A DNA stretch of 63,774 bases, the filler included, from Octopus bimaculoides (lineage: Eukaryota): assembly GCF_001194135.2 (NCBI RefSeq). It is 6 parts of 6 records of this genome, joined end to end, with 100 filler letters (N's around TTAATTAATTAA, not from the genome) between each part and the next. Parts side by side here need not be neighbours in the genome. Positions count along the whole stretch, not along the records: positions 54,080 to 63,774 come from NC_069000.1; 5 more parts are not named here. One strand, written 5' to 3'. Positions within the stretch are counted from its first letter, which is position 1, and every line of letters starts with the position of its first letter. The notes beneath the pieces were generated by a model. That model searched no databases and was not told where the DNA came from. It saw only the letters and a program-made list of their open reading frames with translations. The translations under genes were made by a program, and so were the position numbers. This document shows positions 53,980-63,774 of this stretch, piece by piece.

Positions 53980-55360
53980 NNNNNNNNNNNNNNNNNNNNN
54001 NNNNNNNNNNNNNNNNNNNNNNNTTAATTAATTAANNNNNNNNNNNNNNNNNNNNNNNNNNNNNNNNNNNNNNNNNNNNTTATTACAAGTTATTACTTCT
54101 ATTTGTTATTACTTGTTACTTCTATTAAATATTTAAAATAACTCAGTTAAAATATCTTAGGCACTTTAAGAATATTCATCATTCTAATTATTAATTCATA
54201 ATAGGAATTTTTAAAATGGGTTATAAATAGGATAGTAGTACAAAATTACAGTGTAACCGGCTGCATGAAACTGTGGACAACATACACTATGCCAAATGTA
54301 GAGTTTTTCTTTTCGAGTGGGGCGAAAACAAAGCAGAAAAAAAACAAAAGTGGGGACAACGATGAAAAAGAAACATCGCAAAACGTTTGGGGTATTTACA
54401 AAAAAAATACGAAATAATACAAAAAATTCCCACATCCGTGGAAAGAAAAACCTACGGAAAGACCACGGTAACCTCTGTCGTATTAATGTCACAAGTTGAA
54501 ATTGGCATCTAAATGATCGACGTTATAGTACTTCGCCAGTAGATAAGTTAAAATTGGCATCTAAATAATCAACGTTATAGTACATGTGGACAACATACAC
54601 TATGCCTATCGGCTATTTTGTAACCAATTTATCTACAACCCAAATATCCTACTGTTATTTCTTCCACATTGGTGATACCGTTTGAACAACTGTGAGTCGT
54701 AGCGCACTGAGTATCATTCCTAATAATATTATTAATATTATATAAGGGTATAAGTGTATTTTGATATGGAAAAACGTATGCATACATATATTCAAAATCA
54801 CGCGTGTCTGTGAACGTACACAAAATATGCATGCCCCATATACAAATATGAATGCACGCGTATATCTAAAAGAAACTTTGCCCAGATATCTGCACCCTGC
54901 AACAACGAAACATATCCATATTCACAAATGCAACTGCGCGGCAACCACTTACATATAACCACATAAACATAGCTTGTGTGCAAACACCCACGCGTATAAA
55001 AACATGAAAGCATATTCGTACACACGAATGCACAAAGACACACACCCACACAGACATACACACACATACACATGTATGAAAAGCATATATAAAGAGAAAA
55101 TACCTTTACGTGGCATTTTAACTAAAAAAAAATGTATCCAGATCACGGACATATCACGAAACCTGTCTTAAAATTAAGTTGGACACGTTGGATATTATAG
55201 TCGTAGTTATACTATTCCTGAAAAGAACGGACGTGATTGTCACACCCAGAATACCTTCGATCATCGGCCTCTTAGAGAGCGGTTGAGCTGAGGCTAAGTA
55301 ACCGTTGTTACAAGAAAAGGGAAAACACTAAACAGGGTACGAAATAGAAAATCAATTTAC

Positions 55361-55688
55361 CTTTTCTAACGATTTTCCATCTCATCGTTGATTTGTACCC
55401 GAAGTGAAGCAAAATTTGTTTTACATGTGATATTTGTGGCAGATACGTTTTTGGCTGGTGAAGTGAAAGTATAATCTGATGATACCAGAGAATAACAGCC
55501 CGAAGTAAGCGGGATTTGCTCCTTTTTGATGAAATAAAAATTTTTACCATTTTTTGTTGTAATCCACATAAAGGTTTCTTGCGATTTAAAAGGTGCGCCA
55601 ATATTCGCTACACATCTTAAGTTTTTTACTTCTCTGCCTTGTTTATTAAGTCCTTTGAGAATTTCGAGACTCTCTAAGGTAGATTTTG
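55361..55688 (-). pseudogene. Ig-like (C2-type) domain exon 2 with an apparent +1 frameshift near its 3' end
   Basis: Acceptor ttatctttgcag|CA (phase 1) and donor AAAG|GTAAAT. Encodes LRCVANIGAP..FMW..GCYSLVSSDYTF..NITCKTN. Length 328 (3n+1); the frame hits TAG at 55368-55366. Deleting one T in aattttg restores a phase 1-1 exon ending LHFGYKSTMRWKIVRK. Confidence 0.65.
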
Positions 55689-55987
55689 CTGCAAAGATAA
55701 CGATATAATATAGCAAAATGTTAGAACAATATGCTTTGCATATTACTATGACTATTGGGTGGTTTCACTAATATAAACTACAATCTTCATACTAAACTAA
55801 AATGGTTAACACCACTCGAATTGTTCTTCTTGCTGGACCCTGTGAATTAATGTTTCTAGCTTACATTCACATACACAAACGTGCACAGAGGCACACACGC
55901 GCATTCAACAAGCGCACACAGACATACACACATGCTCAAACAGATACACACACACTCACGCTGATACACACACACATACACACACCA

Positions 55988-56023
<36 letters not shown>

Positions 56024-56101
56024 CCAACAGTTCTGTTTATTTCCTGTTTTTTGTGCTGCTACTCCTAGGTTGGATTCGTAGCGGTAGCAAAGACAGTTGA
56101 A

Positions 56102-56563
56102 TGATCTCCCTTGCAAGAAAGCTTATTGAATAATTAGCGTTCTAAGTTTCTCGAAGCATCTGTATCATAAGACGTGATTCTTAATTATTCAAGAAATTTA
56201 GTGTTACTCTTGGAAGTTTCTAGAATGTATAGCGTTCCATTAATAAAAATAGCCTCCTAACCCGGCTCTTCTCTTCTTAATCGATTAAACTTAGAACCAT
56301 TCACGCCATTGCGTCTATTTCTCTACGCCACATGACTTAGCTGTTATTTCTATATTTCCTATCTTTGAACTTTCTTGCATAGATTAATTCTTTCAACTAG
56401 ATTCTACATTTTGATTAAGTATCATCATTTACCATTATATAAAATATATTTTTATGTAGTAAATATATAGTTCTTGAATTTATTCTTCATTTCTATATGA
56501 ACTTTTGAAATAATATGCACGTAGCCACATCAGCACCTGGTACTGACTCTATATAACCACTAT
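56102..56563 (-). repeat. Diverged direct copy of 57037-57510 (possible solo LTR)
   Basis: Colinear from tgatctcccttgcaagaaag to ctatataaccactat, with scattered substitutions and indels. Confidence 0.8.
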
Positions 56564-56987
56564 GTAAATTGGTGACCCCGACGTGATAGGAACACGCAGC
56601 CTTCTGATCTATTAAAACCCTGGATGATCACGTTATATATAGAAAGTTGCCTTTCATTTGCAACGCGCCAGCATGTCACTCGTTTTTTGCCATTCGTGTG
56701 CACACACTCCCTGCCTCAGTCACGCTCTGACTGGCATTTTCTGCCCTCTTTGCACGCAAAACGACACTGCTATTTGGACTGCTTCGAATAAATCCTGTCC
56801 TCTATACATTTCCTTGGATTCTGTTTCCAGAGATGCACAATTTTCTCTACCTTCATATTGCATGCACAAACACACACGTTACAGAAGTTTGAACGTTGAT
56901 TTTTCATTTTGGACCTGAAATATTGTATTTATTCCCATTCTGTTTTCAGCAGTTGTTGATATTTTATGATGTATACATTTTTGTTAC

Positions 56988-58095
56988 TGTTATTGTATAC
57001 CATTACCTTTGCCTGAAGGATATCAAGATAGCTGACTGATCTCCCTTGCAAGAAAGATTATAGAGTTACCTCCCGTTCTAAGTTTCTCGGAGCATCTGTA
57101 TCATGAGAATTGATTCATATTTATTCAAGAAGCTTAGTATTTCTTTTCGAAGTTTCTAGAACGCCTAGTGTTCCATTAATGAAAACAGCTTCCTAACCCT
57201 GCTCTTCGCTTCTTAGTCGATTAGACTTAGAGCTATTCACGTCATTTCTATGTCCGTCTATCTCTCTACGCCACATGGGTGAAAGCTACCATTTAGCTGT
57301 TATTTCTATATTTCCTATCTCTGAACATTCTTGCATAGAGTACTTCATTCAACTAGATTCTACATTTTGATTCTGTATCATCATCGACCAGTATATAAAA
57401 TATATTTTTATGAAGTAAATGTATAGTTCTTGAATTTATTCATCTCTATATGAACTTTTGTATACACGCAGCTACACCATCACCTTGTACAGACTATATA
57501 TAACCACTATAGACTTCTACAGACAATGGTGTCGTAGAGCACTTTCATATGTATCTCTCTTTTTTTTCGTATATCGTTTTTGTGTTCTCATTTTCGCGTC
57601 TTATTATATACTTCATTTTGCCTATTCGTTTTGTTACCTCTCCGTCTTCCCAAACTTCTCTTCATTTTCATACATTTTGAAAAGCACCTTGTCACCGATA
57701 TTAAAGTACGTTCTCGTATTTTTAGTGCTTTCCCTATTTGTTTTTCTTACTGATAACAGCCTGTGAAAAATTGGTCTTGTTTTCCGAGCAAACATTAGTT
57801 CCGTAAGCAACTTGCTTGAACAAGTGATTGGGTTTGGTGTTATCCTATAAACTCTCAAGAATTCTGTCAATGCTGCACCATCGACTAGCACGTATCTTGA
57901 TTTATTTAATGCCTTTTTAAATGCATCCACGAACCGTTACGCTTGCACGTTTGATCTTCGCTGATATGGCGGAATAGAGATGTGTTCAATTGCATTTTTT
58001 TGCAAAAAAACTCATACGCTATAAACTGCTTACCGTTTTCGGATACTATAGTGTCCGGGACACCATATCTTGTAAAGTGTTCATGAAGAAATTAA
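56988..58095 (-). mobile_element. Gypsy/Ty3 LTR retrotransposon remnant: integrase, polypurine tract, putative 3' LTR
   Basis: FTRYGVPDTIVSENGKQF..FCKKNAIEHISIPPYQRRSNVQA*RFVDAFKKAL..FLRVYRITP..ELMFARK..FNIGDKV..WEDGEVTKRIG. Purine tract GAAAAAAAAGAGAGA at 57568-57554; repeat ending ..ATAACA at 56988. The integrase call is firm, the LTR call tentative. Confidence 0.8.
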
Positions 58096-59515
58096 TATAA
58101 TAACTAATTATAATACTATAAAACTTATATGAAAATAAAGTTTACAATACAAAGAATATTTTAACATGACGTATATGCAACTTTAACCAAGTTGAAGAAA
58201 ATTAATGGAAATTTACATAGTCAAGGCTCGTTTGATCTCGACTCAACAATTATTTGATTATTTAACCTAGACCAGTCCTGAACTAGCAAACCTACGATCA
58301 AAGATGTTTCAGCTTGGTCACCCGTACTGTATTTTTGACACACTAGGAAGTGATTTGAGGGCAATCTGACTGGTATTTCTAACACATTGGGCGACCACGT
58401 TGCCTCACATAACATCTATACCTACCTCTGTTCACGTTCTTCAGGTTACTATTGAGTTCAGTGAAAATGGAAAAAAAAGTTTAAAGCATTACTGAGAATT
58501 CGGACAAAGTATTAATTAAATATAGCCTCGCCATGATCAACGAAAACAAAAGAAAAGACNNNNNNNNNNNNNNNNNNNNNNNNNNNNNNNNNNNNNNNNN
58601 NNNNNNNNNNNNNNNNNNNNNNNNNNNNNNNNNNNNNNNNNNNNNNNNNNNNNNNNNNNNNNNNNNNNNNNNNNNNNNNNNNNNNNNNNNNNNNNNNNNN
58701 NNNNNNNNNNNNNNNNNNNNNNNNNNNNNNNNNNNNNNNNNNNNNNNNNNNNNNNNNNNNNNNNNNNNNNNNNNNNNNNNNNNNNNNNNNNNNNNNNNNN
58801 NNNNNNNNNNNNNNNNNNNNNNNNNNNNNNNNNNNNNNNNNNNNNNNNNNNNNNNNNNNNNNNNNNNNNNNNNNNNNNNNNNNNNNNNNNNNNNNNNNNN
58901 NNNNNNNNNNNNNNNNNNNNNNNNNNNNNNNNNNNNNNNNNNNNNNNNNNNNNNNNNNNNNNNNNNNNNNNNNNNNNNNNNNNNNNNNNNNNNNNNNNNN
59001 NNNNNNNNNNNNNNNNNNNNNNNNNNNNNNNNNNNNNNNNNNNNNNNNNNNNNNNNNNNNNNNNNNNNNNNNNNNNNNNNNNNNNNNNNNNNNNNNNNNN
59101 NNNNNNNNNNNNNNNNNNNNNNNNNNNNNNNNNNNNNNNNNNNNNNNNNNNNNNNNNNNNNNNNNNNNNNNNNNNNNNNNNNNNNNNNNNNNNNNNNNNN
59201 NNNNNNNNNNNNNNNNNNNNNNNNNNNNNNNNNNNNNNNNNNNNNNNNNNNNNNNNNNNNNNNNNNNNNNNNNNNNNNNNNNNNNNNNNNNNNNNNNNNN
59301 NNNNNNNNNNNNNNNNNNNNNNNNNNNNNNNNNNNNNNNNNNNNNNNNNNNNNNNNNNNNNNNNNNNNNNNNNNNNNNNNNNNNNNNNNNNNNNNNNNNN
59401 NNNNNNNNNNNNNNNNNNNNNNNNNNNNNNNNNNNNNNNNNNNNNNNNNNNNNNNNNNNNNNNNNNNNNNNNNNNNNNNNNNNNNNNNNNNNNNNNNNNN
59501 NNNNNNNNNNNNNNN

Positions 59516-60154
59516 CGTAACGTTGAAAATGCCAAATTCATCAATAGCCAAGTTTAACACTATTATCAACTACTTGCCTAATAACACTGTATAGTGAATC
59601 CTGTAGAATCTCCAAATGAGAAGTATACGTCATTAATGTCTTCTCAGAGACTCGGCACTTGAAGTTAGCTTTGTGTCAGCTTTTGCAGCGGCAAAATATT
59701 ATGCAATAAAACATACCTGATGTTCTATTAATCACTCATAACAGATGATTTCCTGGATGCTTTGAAGGTGATATAATCAGGGTTGAGATCAACGTACTTA
59801 TGGTTTTAGGATATGCTGTATGTTTTATAGTTGATATTTTTCATGACAGTTGTGTGGATTGATTAATTCACAGAGAATTTTGAGAGTTATTTTCTTTTGG
59901 CATTTGGTCTACTTTCCTTTTCTTTTTCTCAGTGATGCAATGGTATTTACTTTGCTGATTGTTTGCCATACTTCGATGTACTCCTACTTTTTGTCATCGT
60001 TTAATGAGAAAGAATACGAAATGAAATTTGACTGATGTAACTTGTGTTCATGCAGTGTTGATGCTAATTCTGTTGGGTTGGCACCTCTTTGAATACTCGC
60101 TGCAAAATCACCACACAGCAGTGAAGTTGTTTGCTACCTTCGTTGTCAAAATTC
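59516..60154. repeat. Left arm of a large inverted duplication (partner 63189-63706)
   Basis: 59516-59795 is the reverse complement of 63427-63706; 59924-60092 is the reverse complement of 63259-63427; 60092-60154 matches 63189-63251 in direct orientation. Confidence 0.92.
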
Positions 60155-60937
60155 TATAAATGACTAATTTCCGTCACTGCTACATAAAACAGAAGAAACA
60201 ACCCAATATTAAATAGAGGCAGTAAAGCATGAGTATGGTCTTTAGTTTTACTGGAAAATCGCCAAAACTGTTTCGGTTTTATTAGACTTGATTTGCGAAT
60301 CTTAGGCTAAATCTGGTAGTTATGGAATGATGAGCAAATATATAGCTGGGTGAAAAGTTAATAGTTAACTGATTGCTATAACCCAAGAAATATTACTTAT
60401 AAAGTTACATCTTTATTGATTACAACAATCTTTTTGTAAATTACTGACTTTGGTCACAAACAGGTGGGTGGATCTCAGAAATTTAGTTAATTTTAATTCA
60501 TCAGAAATGAAAAGTAACAGGGAGAGAATCTTATATTTAGCAGCTATATGGAGACTACCGAGGATATGCTTTAATCTTATTCCTAAATCTTATCCTCAAA
60601 ACGTAATCTAACCGTGACTGGAAAATTATAAAAAGTTAACCTAATTTAGTCATTCACACAATGGATTGTTTTTAACATGAAGTTGTTTGATATTGATTAA
60701 TTGAAATTTTTGTCCTTCTACATCAATTATCCAAACTTCTATTCATTCTACAGCGAATAGAACAACTAGATGTTGTACACAGTGTATTCATTGCAATATA
60801 AAACAGAAAACCAAAGGATTTTGGCATGTGCAAAATATTGCACGTGTCAAAATCTGCAGAAATATACAAAATAAATACAGCTACTGAAAATGAGTATTTC
60901 TGGGGCTGAATAAGTGTGGAAGCCGGGTAACACCAAC

Positions 60938-61258
60938 CTTTAAAAACCTTCCTTTTTGAAGTTTTGTAGAATGTTTTACATGAGTAAGCTGCCACATCTT
61001 TGCAAGTGGGGTTATATTTCCAACAGGTAACATTACCTATAATGTCAACAGGTAAATCACAGTCGAAACCATCGCTAGTTTTTAATCTTTTGTATCCCTT
61101 CTTCATAGGGGAATATAGTATATGTACGACTGTATTTCCGTTTTGTTGTAGTTTGAAGTCAAGAAGATTATATGACTTATACTGGCATGTTATTGATATA
61201 CTATACGTGTTTCCCACTTCAATACCCTCAGCTGGTGTCATTGCTATAACCTTCAAAG
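60938..61258 (-). CDS. Ig-like domain exon 1 of an Ig/EGF-like multidomain gene
   Basis: 321-nt open exon, phase 1-1 (acceptor ttttttcttatag|CT, donor AAAG|GTTGGT). Ig pattern SITCQY..L.F.LQQ..and NPTCKDVAAYSCK (DxAxYxC). Confidence 0.75.
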
Positions 61259-61892
61259 CTATAAGAAAAAATCAGAGAAATATATAATTGCAGTTATAGA
61301 ACAATGGCGAAGAAGATAATAATATGGAGAGTCATGGCATTGAAGAAAATGAATGAATGAATGAATGAATGAATGAATGAATGATGGTAGGCTCTCGTAG
61401 GCCGAGAAAGAAGGTTCTCAATTTCTTGCTGAACACCCTGAAAAAATGATTTGTTTAAAGTGATCAGAAGTATGTGTTGTACATTAACAAACTCCCTTCA
61501 TCAAATCAACGTTCTCTGAGTAGAAGTACAGTGTACTACACGTCGGGTATCGAAGTGATGGAAGATATGTTTTGCTCAAGGAATCAACGCACCACCCAAT
61601 CCAGAAATGGATATCATGATCTCGTGATCGTGTCTGCGATACCCTGACAACTAGGCCATGCGCCCTTATAATGAAAACGATAATCAAAGCACGAATGATA
61701 GCCCAAGCCAAACAAGGAGATAGAAAACGGTAATGGAGGAGAAATAGCAGAAGACATACAAGTACAAGGTCTGTGGAAGATCAAATATCAGACAAATTAA
61801 ATGCAGGAGTTGGCACAAATCAGAGATTGTCAGTTTTGACAGCATACATTTAGAAAAGAAAATATTAAATTTATTTAAATAATTAAATGAGA

Positions 61893-62710
61893 TACGAGAG
61901 TCGGCTGGAAAGTTCATAGGCCGAATGTCAAGTTTTTACATTAATTCTTAAATCTCTGAAATCTTTTCATTAATTTCAGCTATCTTTATTAATAGCTGAA
62001 TTGTCATGTTCCAGGTAAACTGACGTCTGATTGTTCATAGAATATTTCGGAACTAACTGGTAGCGATTTCTCTTGAAGATGGACAAACATCACCTCTTTC
62101 TCAGGTACTTGCAGAAATGGAGTTCAAACCCCAAGGACATTTCTGCTGACATGGTTACCAAATTATTGGATGACGCTCCAGGTTTATCAATAATGCAAAA
62201 GTGGGCAGCTGAATTTAGAAAGGGAAGGGAGTCTTTTGAAGATGAACCAAAACCTGAACGTTCTGCAACCACCACCACCACCAAAGAAGACATTGATAGT
62301 ATTCACCACATAAAAACTGGATGAGAGGGGATTCACTATAAATCAAATAGGTAATGCTAACAGCATATTCCATGAGAGGATTGAGAATATTCTGCACAAT
62401 TAACTTGGTATTACGAACGTTTCTGCTCGATGGATGCCACGTCTTCTAACACCTGATCAGAAGCGACCTAGGCCAATCATATGACGGGAAAATCTCACAT
62501 CATTTCAAGGAGATCGAGTTGATTTCCTTGAATGTTTCCATACCCAGGATGACTGTTGACTTTATCACTTTGAGCCAGAGACAATGAAACACCCTGTAGT
62601 AGAAATTCACATTCTCACCTGCAGCAAAGAAGATCAATGTCTTTTAATCTGCAGGGAAGGTGACGGCCTCAGACTTTTGAGATACAAATGACATTGCATA
62701 CAGAAAGCAT
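61893..62710 (+). mobile_element. Degenerate mariner element (5' TIR and N-terminal transposase)
   Basis: tacgagagtcggctggaaagttcatagg; MDKHHLFLRYLQKW..QKWAAEFRKGRESFEDEP, then VSARWMPRLLTPDQK. Confidence 0.82.
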
Positions 62711-62849
62711 GGCAAACAACGTAGTAGAGGAAGATTGTGAATTGGGGNNNNNNNNNNNNNNNNNNNNNNNNNNNNNNNNNNNNNNNNNNNNNNNNNNNNN
62801 NNNNNNNNNNNNNNNNNNNNNNNNNNNNNNNNNNNNNNNNNNNNNNNTG

Positions 62850-62975
62850 TGTTAGTGGTAGATATAATCTTTCTTTGTCAGATTTCAAATTTGGAGTGGT
62901 ATATTTTAAATGCAGTATAGATTTCAGTTTTCGTATATCCTCTCTCAAGTCTTGATATTTCTTCTTGCGCCCAGT
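62850..62975 (-). mobile_element. Possible R4/Dong fragment
   Basis: IRKLKSILHLKYTTPNLKSDKERLYLP resembles the HPxADxERLYLPR motif. Confidence 0.45.
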
Positions 62976-63188
62976 GGAGAATATTATAACTAAAGCTAAT
63001 TTCCTAATACGTTTTAAAATATTTAGCTTTTCTGTTAAATTATTATACCTGTATTGCTAAGACTAGGTTGAAATTTCATTTGACGATAGCATAGAATTAG
63101 ACCTTATACCTCAATGAAGCGAAAACAAAAATGAAAGTCACACATGGATGCTACAATGACAAATGTAGTCGTGATAACAATGAAGAAC

Positions 63189-63706
63189 AATACTCGCTGC
63201 AAAATCATTACAAAACAGTGAAGTTGTTTGCTACCTTCGTTGTCAAAATTCCGAAAACTCAAAGAGGTGCCAACCCAACAAAATTAACATCAACACAGCA
63301 TGAACACAAGCTACATCAGTCAAATTTCATTTCGTTTTGTTTCTCATTAAACGATGACAAGAAGTTGGAGTACATCGAAGTATGGCAAACAATCAGCAAA
63401 GTAAATAACATAGCATCACTGAGAAAACGTTGATCTCAATCCTGATTATCTCACCCTCAAAGCATCCAGGAAATCATCTGTTATGAGTGATTAATAGAAC
63501 ATCAGGTATGTTTTATTGCATGATATTTTGCCGCTGCAAAAGCTGACACAAAGCTAACTTCAAGTGCCGAGTCTCTGAGAAGACATTAATGACGTATACT
63601 TCTCATTTGGAGATTCTACAGGATTCACTATACAGTGTTATTAGGCAAGTAGTTGATAATAGTGTTAAACTTGGCTATTGATGAATTTGGCATTTTCAAC
63701 GTTACG
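63189..63706. repeat. Right arm of the inverted duplication
   Basis: See 59516-60154. Confidence 0.92.
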
Positions 63707-63774
63707 TAGCGATCTTTGTTTTGACTTTCATGACTTTGAAATGTGTGGGTGATTAAAGAGTTTTCCATAATAAT

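Noticed and set aside
61655-61711. Signal-peptide-like start MAWAIIRALIIVFIIRAHG as first exon of the Ig gene
   Set aside because: Start codon is TTG, the frame runs directly into a family-C SINE head, and there is no suitable phase-1 donor.

Overview
Eukaryotic, AT-rich, microsatellite- and SINE-dense draft-assembly sequence with many N gaps and artificial TTAATTAATTAA spacers. The repeat content looks like an octopus/cephalopod genome (inference). Only one clearly intact coding exon is present: the first coding exon of a diacylglycerol kinase epsilon (DGKE) orthologue (minus strand, 4646-3966), whose remaining exons lie left of the window. At the right end is a minus-strand, exon-per-domain Ig-Ig-Ig-EGF-like gene (about 61258-52116) that decays progressively from an intact first Ig exon to stop- and frameshift-ridden exons. 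The rest is transposon debris: RTE, CR1, R4/Dong and Penelope retroelements, a Gypsy integrase with a possible LTR, mariner, hAT, Tc1- and Tigger-type MITEs, and several SINE families. The least obvious signal is about nine minimal hammerhead-ribozyme-like motifs from several sequence families, read by eye. One (51997-52040) keeps an intact catalytic core, and two loci form inverted (foldback) structures typical of Penelope-type termini. Most short ORFs in the supplied track are microsatellite or gap artefacts.
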